Shown here: piece after piece, positions 12,910 to 24,825 of the stretch
How the letters are laid out: each line of letters begins with the position of its first letter
Position numbering within the stretch: the stretch's first letter is position 1
NCBI GenBank assembly: GCA_020137815.1
Contig: CM035350.1
Location: forward strand, 9,610,001 to 9,674,000
Source of the DNA: Hormiphora californensis
Taxonomy: Eukaryota; Animalia; Ctenophora
Length of the DNA stretch: 64,000 bases
Direction: 5' to 3'
The notes under the pieces: generated by a model
What the model saw: only the letters and a program-made list of their open reading frames with translations
The model's database searches: none
What the model was told of the DNA's origin: nothing
Translations under genes and position numbers: made by a program

Positions 12910-15900
12910 ATAAATATGCTTGTTTTTACCTCATCATGTTCAGGTGTTGATGATTTTATCTCCTCGTGATCTACTATTGTTGTTTCACCGCTGTTATTTG
13001 GATCGCCCCATGCCACGGCCGGCCTGACGTAGAAAAAACATTTTTATACCCCTAAAACGACTAAAATACAAATTATACATCCCAAGGAATGGAAGAAGAA
13101 GAATCTAAAATGATTAAATGAGGCGTGAAAAGGTTTGTTTGCTTTGTAGTAGAGTCGATAACTACATCGACCTCTCCCAATTGTTCCAGTTTTTGTCACA
13201 TCAGTTTGGAGCCTCGACACGACCTCTAAACAGGTGTTACTTTTTCACAAACTGTTTTCATCTTGGTGTAATCAGCAGTTGAAATGTTGCTGATCATAAC
13301 AAAAACCTGACTAAATTTTTTCAACTTGGGGTAAAACCATGGGTGTCAAAAGTTAGCTCTAGGTCCCCTGAGTAACCATCCGGAGACTCCAAGAGATATT
13401 TCAAGCCGTTCTCCTGTAATCATTAATCCCGGTAGAGCACATATTTGAGTATGGACGTACGTGCAATTGCCTACAACCTCAACTTTAATGTATAACGTTA
13501 ATGTGCGTCTCTCTCTTTTCTCCCCCTTGAGAAAGAGTTATCTCGCGCGGCGCAACCGCACGTGCGGTTTTTCCAGAGAGAGTGAGAGACATACAATAAC
13601 ATGCAAACAGCCTGCCAGCGCTCACGTACGTCCGCATTGTATTTTTTTCTCCACCGGGATTAATGATTACGGGAGAACGGCTTGAAATATCTCTTGGAGT
13701 CTCCGGATGGTTACTCAGGGGACCTAGAGCTAACTTTTGACACCCATGGTTTTACCCCAAGTTGAAAAAATTTAGTCAGGTTTTTGTTATGATCAGCAAC
13801 ATTTCAACTGCTGATTACACCAAGATGAAAACAGTTTGTGAAAAAGTATTACCTGTTTAGAGGTCGTGTCGAGGCTCCAAACAGATGTGACAAAAACTGG
13901 AACAATTGGGAGGGGTCGATGTAGTTATCGACTCTACTATTGTGCAAAAGATAATTGTAGATGGAATCAATGATTGCAAAGAATTCGCCAGTTTGTTTTC
14001 CCCGCACACAGCTAATCGGCATGTACCGTTGTTTTGTTCAAACAGGGAGGGCCGAACAAGGCAAATGTACCGGTGGTTAATTCTAGGTGATCTCCGGAGG
14101 CACTTTGGTGAATACTGCTCTGGGTCCTCGGTCTGTTTCCGTTTTGGGGAATGGGTACGGGTGGGTGATGGTGGTGGCGTGCTGTTAACCGGTGATGGTG
14201 TCCGTCTATCTGCCCTTCTGACATTTGATCTCAGGAACCTACGTGAAACTAAATCATGTGACGTCATTATGGAATGTGACGTCATTATGTGACGTCATTA
14301 TGGAATGTGACGTCACTGTATTACGTTTACGGAGAACACCCTCCAACCTCACCATTGAGCTTATATCGATTTGTATTTTTCGTGTGATTTGACGATGAAT
14401 CTTAATAAAAGAGAGATGTTAATAATACCGTTTTGGAGGAAGATCCTCTTCTTCTTGTTTTATCTGGACACCACCGAGGCACCTCCAGAACGGAGCAAGC
14501 GCTTCCCTACTTGTTTGAATACTTTCCAGGCCACTGCGGCAGATAAATTCTGTGGTAAACTATATTGTACATACTATTTTAACAGGCGAACAAATTGAGG
14601 AGAAATGCGCTAACAACTACGATATTGTGTCCCAGCATTTTTGGGAGTGTGATTGTAATACCATTTTGTTGGAATAAGTTCATCGGGGTCCATGGGGTCT
14701 GGGGAATCGCCGAGCATGGCTGTGGTACAGGCCAGAATTCCATTAGACACTGTAGATAAATTATATCCTCCCTGTATAAGTTTGGGATAAGATGTAAATT
14801 TTGAGAATTGAGATGAATCATTATATCCTATACAGCGGGCAGTGTAAAATATCATGACCTAACTGTACCTCTAAAGCAAGGATGACTTTTTTGCAGACAC
14901 CCATTAACGACCACGTCATCCAGCCGTACCCCTCCGAGGAAACGTTACATCCACCCTGAAACATGGAAGCTACAACACAAGGAGGAGCTGTACCATTGTT
15001 TCTATGGTGACAGCCTCTATACTGATCGATACAAGTTGTGAAACACATTACAATCGAATATTATTCCTGCCCTCGCACGTACCAATGGGTCCGCCCGACC
15101 GGAATCAAATCCAGCACTGATGAACACAACCTCCGGATGGTACTCCCGTGCAATTGGAAGGATCAGCTCCTCAAATGCCTTTACATAATCACCGTCAGAT
15201 ACACCGCTTTCGTTCCACCCTATGTTTAGATTAAAACCCTCTCCGGGACCTTTTCCAACTAAGCTGGGTTTACCTAGGGGAGACTAGGTCAGCAATTGCA
15301 AGAGGTAAGATAGTTACTTTTAAGAGATCAATCTACTGACCCGTTCCTGGGTAGAAGGCGCCATGTCTCCACATGTGAAGGGAGGTGTAGAGAACACGGG
15401 GATCACTGTAGAACATGTCCTGTGTGCCATTTCCATGGTGCACGTCCCAGTCAACCACTAGTATTCTAATGATGATTATTAGGAATTAAATCCTGGAGGA
15501 AGACCATGATTCGGAATATATCAGTTGTTTCTACCTTTTTGTATTGTGATGGTTGAAGGCATAGTGACAGGCGATTGGTACGTTTCCTAAGAGGCAGAAC
15601 CCACGTGGCTGGCTCTCCTCACAATGATGGCCGGGTGGTCTGATTACCGCTACACCGTTCCTCGCCTGGATGGGAGTTGGAGTCATAATACTGGAATATT
15701 AGAATAAGTGAGAGTGAGAAACTGGTATCATTATTGGACATAGCAATATCTACTTACCCTTCCCGAGAGAACCTCTTCAGTCACATTCAGCAAGGAACCA
15801 GCAGATAATTTAGCACATGTGAAGGTTTCATTACATGCGTATAAACTGTCGTGAGTCGCACCAAACGTGTATAACTCTGATGGTGACATGTTAGGTAACT

Positions 15901-16396
15901 GTTCTAATTTCGACCACAGCTCCTCCCTATGACACCACATAGCTTCTGTCTTGGTAACCTCTCTACTGGGCACAACCCGGACCCGTGACAGGACTCCAGT
16001 GTCCTCCAACAACCGGACAGACCGGGTAATCCGGGCAGGTCGCTCTGGGTGTGACTGAAACAGGTTTTTGTGGTCCGCCATCTTCATATCATACACCAAC
16101 ACAGTTTTAGAATCTGATGGGAAACAAAGCTGTAAATCTTATTATTAAATCTTTATAACTTACACGATTAGCTGTATATATCTAATTTCCGATGAAGTTG
16201 GCATCCAAAGTCTAGAATTTAATCTTCACTTACCACAGTTAGATTGTTTGTCATCAGAAATATTGAGCATGTTAGCCAAGTCTTCAAGTGCATCTAGAAA
16301 GGATGGTGTTACATTAAAATGGAAGTGAAGCTTCAGATTGGAACATTGTTACTCACCTAAATCTTCCCGTTTTTTCGGAAGCGCTATTTCATCCAT
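11234..16396 (-). CDS. HDAC6: Class IIb histone deacetylase, HDAC6-like, with one catalytic domain plus C-terminal ZnF-UBP
   Basis: [42 protein letters not shown]-terminal exons [63 protein letters not shown] match the HDAC6 ZnF-UBP. Start codon tentative. Confidence 0.87.
12008..12387 (+). mobile_element. Non-autonomous Helitron in HDAC6 intron
   Basis: 5' TC, 3' CTAG preceded by hairpin GCGCACCCA-A-TGGGTGCGC, inserted between A and T; second copy at 20066-20764. Confidence 0.85.
12706..12905. repeat. (GA)n microsatellite
   Basis: Direct; similar tracts at ~34395, 34635, 35940, 36510, 36950, 42040 and 42880. Confidence 0.95.
13147..13939. mobile_element. Foldback/MITE with ~290 bp TIRs (Academ-like termini)
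   Basis: TAGTAGAGTCGATAAC...GTTATCGACTCTACTA with TTG on both sides (3 bp TSD); superfamily is inference. Confidence 0.82.
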
Positions 16397-16821
16397 GTTT
16401 AGCTAGTTAAAAGTATGTTAGTAAACACTGTCATTCATCACTCATCGAGGGATCTAGCACTGAATATCTACAAAACATCTACACAGTTAGGCGTGGAATA
16501 CTGATCAACGGTCGAGCATCAGGGCGTCCAGCATGGATCATGTGTAGAGTATGGACAGTGGAAAGAAGTTTACCAGTTTAGAGTAGAGTCTAGAGATACT
16601 TTAGGCTTTGAGACATTCATTAGAACTAATCGACAGCGTGAACGGTGAGCAAGTAATAATAACATTAAAAATATTTGGAGCGAAAAGTGTTTATCTCGAT
16701 CAACTCATGAATAAGCATCATCCCGATCAAAACTCGCTTTCTAAAGCGCATCTTCTTGTGATGTACTTTGAAAAGTCATTTGGAAGTTAATAGGTTAAAT
16801 AGAATGATGTGTTGTGTCATC

Positions 16822-17560
16822 TTACACACACTCTATTAATCCCTTCCTAAGTCGATATTGTTTATCTGAATTTTCACTCCTTAATCTTTTCAGGGACTCA
16901 AGAGTTTTACGCCTCAACTCCCTCTCCTCAAATGTCCTGTCCGGACTAATGTACACATTATGAAAATTATCCGACTGTTTCAGCTCCTTTGCCTTCTTCA
17001 ACAAGGTTAACAGATTCTCCCTCGACGACAGGGTGGCAATCATTGGCCGAGTCTTGTTCTCAGATTTTGGCCCAACACGCTTCACGTCGGTGAGTTTCAT
17101 CCTTTCATTCAACTCCTCCAAAATTCTTTCTACTGCTTTACGGTCCTCTTTAGCAGTGGCGGCTGTATCAGCTGAACCCTTCTCCTCCTCAAGATTGAAT
17201 ATCATGAGGTTACAGCTCCTGTCAACTTCATCCGTGATCGGTGCAACCGATTTCTTGAGCACATTCTGTAACTTAGATGGGGCAGTAGCAGCAGCACAAT
17301 TAGTCGAAATGACTGTGGAGAACGATTTCATTTCTCTCTTGACAGTGTCTGTTACAGCTTTAGCAGCAGAGAGGTCCTCATCCTGAGTGTTCAATCTCCT
17401 TTTCTTCAGCCGATTTCGATCTGAATTGGTTAGTTCTGACTTGCGAGAAACAGTAGCCACATAACCATGTCAATCCTCGGGCGATATCCACGTCAGCAGG
17501 AAATTCTGTTTTCGCTGTCTTGCATAATAAGCAGTTCACCGTCTTCTTTGGGCGATATCG
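16822..17560 (-). pseudogene. CR1/L2-like LINE ORF1 relic (PHD-like Cys motif, frameshift, then RRM-like region); no ORF2
   Basis: CLLC...WLCGYC in one frame, then RSCNLMIFNLEE, KRVG..RPMIATL, NVYISPDRTFEERELRR in another, typical of CR1-group ORF1. Confidence 0.7.
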
Positions 17561-17591
17561 CTGAAAGGTGAGGTGGGGGGGTTGCCGCCAC

Positions 17592-17633
17592 CTCAAATTA
17601 ATTTGTTTAAAGTAGTGTTGAAAAGTTTGAAAC
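17592..17633 (-). other. Ctenophore spliced-leader exon sequence GTTTCAAACTTTTCAACACTACTTTAAACAAATTAATTTGAG
   Basis: Matches, from memory, the Pleurobrachia SL ending AATTTGAG; followed by GT. Not database-verified. Confidence 0.7.
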
Positions 17634-17744
17634 GTGAGAACGTTCGTGAAAATGTGCGTTTTTGCGTTAGCCCTAACCCTAAAAAACCGCTGTCAGCACT
17701 CACCAAACACACCCTCATACCCACACACCCTCATACACTCCCTC

Positions 17745-18000
17745 TCTCTGCTCACGTATCTCACCAAACACCCAGATTTTAACGCTGGTCTTACGCTTGG
17801 CAAACGTTGCTTGCCCCCGGGATAAGGCAGCGCTTTTCAAGTCTTACGCAAAAATTCGCAAAAATTCGCGTCCGCGTCGGACGAATTTGAGCCTGAGGCG
17901 GTGCGCGGCGTTAATTCACGAATAATTTTTGGGTCCAGCGCTGCAGAAAATGCATTTAAATGTAACGCGCGAAGGTGGTCTACAGTGGCTGATTTCTACA
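17745..18000 (+). repeat. ~255 bp direct repeat, copy 1 (copy 2 at 19151-20910 is interrupted by four insertions)
   Basis: Near identity with 19151-19253 and 20765-20910. Confidence 0.85.
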
Positions 18001-18279
18001 ACTAGTGGAAGCTCTTTATTCCCGCCTGGTGAAAGTAGAGAAGTGAAATCTAAGGGAGAATTTTCTTTACGTAATCTCTAAAAAACCGCTCTTTTCACCA
18101 CGGTCGGATACCGTACACTTCCACTAACCCTCTTTAATCCCAAACAAATCAAAAAAAAATTAAAAAAAAACACAAAAGGATAGTTGAAAAGCTAAAAGCG
18201 GCAAAAAGGGAACGATAACGTGCAATGAGCAACGCCTGTTACCTGGCAGCTCAGCCGGCAACGTTTCCAACGTTCATTT

Positions 18280-19150
18280 CCAGGTACAACCTCAATCGAT
18301 CTGGGTTAAAGACTGGGGGCGATTGCTTCTTATTCAGTTCTCATGTCCCAGATATGAACTGAATTGGTCCTCCCAACAACTGGAATTGAGGTTCATCTGC
18401 CGAGCAACTATACGGCTCGATTAAACGCTGAGAGTCATTACCTTAGGACACCTTTTCCTTAATGAACATTCCCTAATTGGAAAATGCGATGACCAAGTTC
18501 TGAATCATGGTAGACCTAAACCGCACTCAACAACTGGGAGGGCATTAAGGAAACCAGAACTGAGACAAGGAACTCCTTCTCAAGGAGTTGCTTTACGAAG
18601 AAATTTTGACGATTGTGGACCAACCAGGGACAAAACTTTAGAGTTCACCTAACTGTTTGGACAATTTCATCAAAACGGGTCCACATGGAAGTTAAACTGA
18701 TCACAAAATTGGCCGTGGTTGGATATATCATCCTACGTCCGATTGTTACAAAATAGTACGGTGGTTTATGAGTTCTCTGTTGATCACAAGAAACTTAGAA
18801 CGTGAAAAGGATCCATCGGAAGCAGTGCTTTAACTCTGGACCATAAGTTACTGAAGAGAAGGACGCTCAAGCGATCTCCTAAATCCCACAAAATGACACG
18901 GCAAGTCTTCATAACGTCTACAATTCGCCGACACTTTGAGGAACGAAATGACCGAACAGCTTTGATCAGAGAAGGAGGATGACCGAGCGCTAGAAACTCT
19001 ACTGATGGGGAAGGAGGTGCAGGTCCAGGAACTACGAAGAATTGAAATTGTTGGTTTAACTGTACGAAGGAAAGACGCTGACTAAAGTGCTTTGTTGATA
19101 GCCTCAATTTATTTTCAAGTTTCAAGTTTCAAGTTTCAAGTTTCAAGTTT
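18280..19150 (+). mobile_element. Degenerate LINE 3' remnant with (TTTCAAG)n tail
   Basis: Stop-interrupted coding-like sequence ending in about five 7-bp repeats; identity is inference only. Confidence 0.4.
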
Positions 19151-19253
19151 CTCTCTGCTCACGTATCTCACCAAACACCCAGATTTTAACGCTGGTCTTA
19201 CGCTTGGCAAACGTTGCTGGCCCCCGGGATAAGGCAGCGCTTTTCAAGTCTTA

Positions 19254-19473
19254 AAGTCGGATTTTTTGAAACTGTCACCCCCCTGAAATAACAAATTTGT
19301 CATATCTCCGGTTCCTGATAAGATAGAGACTTGAAATTTGGAGGTTCGGAAGAACTTAGCAAGATCTTTATAACCTCCAAATTTCAAGTCTCTATCTCAT
19401 CAGGAACCGGACTTATGGTCATTTAAAGAAATTTGAAAACTCAGGGGGGTGACAGTTTCAAAAAATCCGACTT
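19254..19473. mobile_element. Palindromic MITE with TA TSD
   Basis: AAGTCGGATTTTTTGAAACTGTC...GACAGTTTCAAAAAATCCGACTT; empty site GTCTTACGC visible at 17841. Confidence 0.85.
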
Positions 19474-19480
19474 TACGCAA

Positions 19481-20063
19481 CAAGAATTATTATTGCATTA
19501 TGTTTCATAATGCTGTGTTTCCCTGCCAACGAATACTCCAACCGATCACTGATAAACGATGAGATCTGGTAAGAGCCGCTCACAGTCACACCAGACGATA
19601 CCGTGCAATGTGATCTGATCGTCGTCCGCCAACGCCTAATTACAATGTTATGTGAGACGAAGCTATGCATGGGATACTTCTCACGTTCCCTCAGTCACCA
19701 TACTAACGAGCTGAGCTTTCAACGCCTTTTAGTTTCAATCAGATTTACCAAGAAGTTAAATCCATTCGAGCGCTACGGCTATGCTGTAACGCGCGAGGTG
19801 TGTATACATACGCTGCATTGAGAGTGTGCGCGCGCAAGTTTTGAGCGCGCGCCACCGAAATCCGTACTGTAATAACTTTGCGGACGACGCTTTCAAAATG
19901 GATCGGTTGTCAGGCGTTGTCCGTGACGGACGGACGGACGGACGGACATTTAGTTAACTACACGATCTGCTGATTTCTAAACCCTGAATGATCTTTTTAG
20001 CACGTGCGTGCTAAAAACATCATCCCAGGTGATTGCCTTCGGCAATCACCCGGGCAGGGAAAA
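19481..20063 (-). mobile_element. Helentron-derived HINE (DINE-1-like)
   Basis: SubTIRs TTTCCCTGCC/GGCAGGGAAA, 5' palindrome, 3' hairpin GCATTATG-nnn-CATAATGC, internal (GACG)n, T-run target. Confidence 0.7.
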
Positions 20064-20065
20064 AA

Positions 20066-20764
20066 TCTCTATTATAAGTTGGAGATGAACGACGTAGTGA
20101 TGGCCGTTCGTTCAGCGGTATCTAAGCGACACACTGCTCCTTCATAAAACACTTTATGTGACCAAAGCTGTAAAGCTGTTACTCACACTTTTGGAACTTC
20201 CAGTGAAAGTTTGTCAATATTTTCGAATGACTTTTAACATGACTGTCCCCATAGTTACCGATTCAATTGCCATGGCAACCGTGTTATTGACGTTAAAAGG
20301 GGCGAAAAGAACCACCCGGCGAAGCCGGGTGGGTTATCAAAAAGCCCTTACTTGAGGCGCACCCAATAAGGAACCATAATAAAGTTCAAGAGCGCACCCC
20401 ATCCAAGAGCGCACCACCTCCAAAAGACACCACTTCAAGAGCGCACCACATCAAAGAGAGCTCCCCATCCAGAAGATACCGCGCGCAGGGGACACCACGC
20501 GCAGAAGAGACCGCACGCGCAAATACAACGCCGCGCTGGTCTCTTCTGCGCGTGGTGTCCCCTGCGCGTGGTATCTTCTGGATGGGGAGCTCTCTTTGAT
20601 GTGGTGCGCTCTTGAAGTGGTGTCTTCTGGAGGTGGTGCGCTCTTGGATGTGGTCTCTTTTGGGTGTGGTACGCTCTCAGGTGTGGTCTCTCTTCGATCG
20701 GGTGTGCTCTTGGGTGCTCTTGGAGGCTCTTGAACTTTATTATGGTTCCTTATGGGTGCGCTAG
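20066..20764 (+). mobile_element. Non-autonomous Helitron copy 2, with a MITE in its 3' hairpin loop
   Basis: TC...CTAG, homologous to 12008-12387. Confidence 0.85.
20368..20751. mobile_element. Palindromic MITE (TIR AAGGAACCATAATAAAGTTCAAGAG), AT duplication (ISL2EU-like)
   Basis: Empty site CCCAATGGG at 12371; filled site CCCA-AT-[element]-AT-GGG. Confidence 0.75.
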
Positions 20765-20948
20765 TTCGCAAAAATTCGCGTCCGCGTCGGACGAATTTGA
20801 GCCTGAGGCGGTGCGCGGCGTTAATTCACGAATAATTTTTGAGTCCAGCGCTGCAGAAAATGCATTTAAATGTAACGCGCGAAGGTGGTCTACAGTGGCT
20901 GATTTCTACATAACAACTTTTTTTAATCGAAAGAAAAAAAAGAAAAAA

Positions 20949-21697
20949 CAAGAATTAAAGTGAAAGCGAAACAACAACGAACTGGCTGCGCGTCGCGCAT
21001 TCGTTGCGCGTAACGATCTCACCGGAGAGATTCACATGCGCAACGTTGCGGGACGCGCAGCCAGTTCGTTGTTGTTTCGCTTACACTTTATTGCATTATC
21101 GTGTTCCATTTTTTCCGATATCATTTTTCGACCAAAATTATTGCATTATGTATTCATAATGCTGTGTTTCCCTGCCCTACCGTTTCACATGTCAGTGACA
21201 TTGTCACTGCCAACAGGATCAAGGCTTGGTCATAATGTAATGTGACTGTGAGATGCATACGATCTAGCTGTCAGTATACTTCTCACATAGCTTAGAGTTA
21301 GCTAACTCCCAATCACATGACACTTGCTAACCAGCTTTTGACATTCCAACTTAACTACTTATCTAACATCTCACACTCGACTCACAAGATGAAAATGTGT
21401 ATGTAACACGCGAAACGCGCGGCAGAGCATTTCATGTTTTGTTGAGTGGCGCGCGCACACACGTCCATCAAACTGTGTCAATGAGGTGTTTGATGAAGGA
21501 GTAGCTCGTCACTGTGTGCGCGGCTCTAGTTGCTACACCGTTGCCCTCGCAACGAAAGTGTGACCAAAAAATGTCCCTCTACCGATTAGTTAGTATACCA
21601 AAATGTCGTTTTCGAATTCTAACCCTGCTATGCCTTTTTACAAAGTAAAAAGGCATCCGGGTGAATGCCGAAGGCATTCACCCGGGCAGGGAAAAAA
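20949..21697 (-). mobile_element. Second HINE with the same termini, carrying a ~130 bp palindromic MITE (20958-21088)
   Basis: Same subTIRs and hairpins as 19481-20063, divergent interior. Confidence 0.65.
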
Positions 21698-21824
21698 TTC
21701 AAAGAAAAAAATTATTATTTAAGAAAAAAAGGGGGGGGTGGCGGCCAACATCGGCCTGAATATAAATACGTGTATACACTTATAATAATCAAATCTGTAA
21801 TAAATTAAATATAAAAATAGTCAG

Positions 21825-24800
21825 TTACCCAACTTGGTATATCTGCTCGTCCCTGCTGCCTTCGCCCCTCAATCTCCCCCGATGCCCCCTGATGGAGATG
21901 GTTATTGATCGCACCATGGCGAAAGATAGTCTGAGTCGAAGATAGCGGATACATTGTTCGTAGGAGTATCCCGTTGTCTTAGCTTTCTTATCGGCTAGCT
22001 GTTTCAATGTCTTTTTGAATTCTCGACCGAGTCCCCCCGTTGTGGACATGACCAAAGGTGTAAATGAAGATTTTTCCACTTCAATGACCCGATGAAGGTA
22101 GCCAGTCTTTTTCTCCCTTTCGTGTTTTTCGTACACTTTAGAGATTGACTGGTTAGAGTTAGACGCCACCCTAGGATTAAAAATCCTCACATCGAAATAG
22201 GTGTTATCCATACTAGACCAGAAATCACGTGTACTGATATCTAACCGAGCACCATCCGCCAAGATTGTTCCCTCTGGCAGACTCGTACCTCGCACATTTA
22301 ACAGATGAGGTTCTACCTTCGTATCATGACACACATTACTGAATTCACTTGCGATGAAGTCTCTCACGTTGTTATGACGAAAGCAAACAAAACCGCCGAT
22401 TTTGCATGAAATTGAATGATCAATGCTGTTTTCCTCTCCGCACACGCAGTTGGTAGGCAGTGCTTCTCCCGTCAGCGGTAGGTTGTATCGTGCAGAGAGG
22501 GCATCATGCCATTCTTGTCTGTTCAAGGTAAAGTTTAGTGCTTGGAGGGGAAGACAAGTTAACCAAGAAGATGCACCCTTCTCAGACAGGAGATCAAGGT
22601 TCCTGCTTTCGGCGCTAGTCATTTTGCTTCGAATTTCCTCGATTTTCTGATGATGAATGTCGTTTTTTGTACGACGAATAATGGATGATTTCTCAGTTTG
22701 TTGGGTTTTGTTAACCTGGAATGTTTCGTGTTGGCCAAGAACCGCTGCAGACAAGTCTTCTGTGATGAATTTAGAAAAGCTGTACTCCGAATCCGCTGAT
22801 AGTACTGGATTATCAATTCCCAATCCTCCAAATCTTACAGGAAGGGAGGCGACTGATCTCAAAGTGTCGCTGATAACGTGTTGACCAGTTAGTGCAGGGA
22901 GAAGTTTCTGGTGGATGGTTTTCACTTTTCTCGATGACTCCGAGTTGTTCGGATATTGCTGGAGTTGTTCTCATCAAGTAGCTCCACCTTTTTGAGATCC
23001 CGATGGTATATGCGCTATAGGCCAGCTGTGGTTCGGTTGCTGCAATTTCACAGAGTTGGCTGACTTCCTCATTCCATTTCGCAACCTCGTTCTGAACAAA
23101 TTCCCTCTGGCTCTCCTCTGTTCCGATGTATGATCCTAGGTAGCGTTGGCCGTCGGTAGTGATGTTGACATCCGTGAACATTTCCCTTGCAGTTTCTTCG
23201 TATTGGGGTTTCACAATAAGCCACGATTTTCCGGGGTTAGGAAGGTACCCGTAGCCCGGTCCATCACTCTTTATTTTATCCCACCACGATTTTACTGAGG
23301 AAAGTTTGCCTCCACCCAGGCCATCATCGGCGTAGAATATTTGAGTGAGGGAGGAGTCCTTTAGGGAGCGAATGAGGGGCATGAGGCAACAAGCATACAT
23401 AGGCATAGCCGCAGTGTCTCCCTGGGTTGTACCCTCGGCTGATTTCATAGTCTCATGGGTCATGCCATCGCATAGGAAGAGATCAGCAGTTAAACCGTAT
23501 GTATTTTTCAAATATAATTCGAATTCAGGGCAGGTATAGTTAACATTATTCAAAGCTGACACACGATTTAACGAATTAAATGCATTACTAGCATCTACAA
23601 GCAAAACACATTCACAATTTTCACTCTCAAATAAATCTCTTGCTGCGTGAACAGCAGCTTCCACGCCACTCTCGAGTCCTGCACACAGTTGAATAGGTGC
23701 TGTACATTCAATAATGTCCGGTTTGAGAGCTCGAGTGATAACTTTGCCCACCAGTCGTCTGAGTATTTCACCGATCCCGATTGGTCTGATACCGTTTGGT
23801 TTCTTGCTCAGTGGAACTAGTCGGGAGGCCACATAGGATGTAATATGTTTCGGGTCGATTGGTTCTGTAGCTATCTTAACAGCAAAGGTGGCAATTGCCT
23901 GTGCTAACTCAGTTGACGATGGGCTCAGCTTCTTTGATAACAGTATATGTTTCCATAAACCTGAGTTAGCTCCTGATGGACCTCCAGACCCTGATAATGT
24001 ATTAGCAGCTTTAATGACAGCCGCTGCAGATATTTGGGAGAACATACAATCAGTTTTTGGGAGGAGTGGACCGTTCAGGAGCGTAGATGAATCTGATTTG
24101 GGTGGGTGTTTCTTAGCCAGCTCCTGGACGACAGATGGTGTAATGGGAACTGGTGCTACATCACTTTCACGAACTGCTCGCAGTGCCTGTCCTACCTTTC
24201 CTTGTAGCATCAGTCTTGTAAATGCTTTCAGTGCGTTTCTCGATTTCCCCTCATCGCTTGCCAGTCTGCTTTGAATCACCCTGCCCTCTCTCAGTAATGA
24301 ATGAAAGTCTCCGTCTCGAAAGAGCTTGAGCCTCCTTTCTATGGCGATGGTGTGATCGCGGGATTTACTGTTGGCCGATGGTTTTTGGAGCACCAATGGA
24401 AAGAGTATAAACAGCAGCATGAGTGCAAAGGGCCTGTTACTCGTGTTGTTGTTGAATGAGTTGAGACAATCGGCCGCTTCACGGACAAAGTCTTTACCTA
24501 CGCGACCTGAGGGGACCTGGCAGAGATTTTGCCTCCAGAACACTACCTCTTTGTAGGCATGATTGATATCGCGGTGAAAGTCGGATACATAACACTCTGA
24601 ATCGTCGCATTTAGGTGTAGTTTCGGCGATATGATCTTCGAGAAGTTTTACCAGGTCAGCTTTCTTCGTGTTGGATTTGAATCGTACACCACGGCCACGT
24701 AGCTCTGTCCTGATTTGGCTTGAAAAGCGCTGCCTTATCCCGCGCTGCCAGCAACGTTTGCCAATTTTTTGGCGTGAATTTGAAAAGCGCTGCCTTCTCC

Positions 24801-24825
24801 CGCGGGGGCCAACAACGTTTGCCAA
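21825..24825 (-). mobile_element. CRE-clade non-LTR retrotransposon: SAP-like N-terminus, reverse transcriptase, zinc knuckle and restriction-like endonuclease; one frameshift near 22925
   Basis: GIRPIGIGEILRRL, DASNAFNSLNR, GTTQGD, YADD, RYLG; CVCGEENSIDHSISC, RHN, RLDI..FDVRI..EREKK. Confidence 0.92.

Noticed and set aside
17671-17682. Interstitial telomere (CCCTAA)2
   Set aside because: Only two units; too short to support.
19102-19150. Second spliced-leader relic (AAATAAATTGAG on minus)
   Set aside because: Only ~12 nt of AT-rich similarity; better explained as a retroelement tail region.
22900-22940. Programmed frameshift in the CRE ORF
   Set aside because: CRE elements normally have one ORF, and a 7 bp insertion explains the break.
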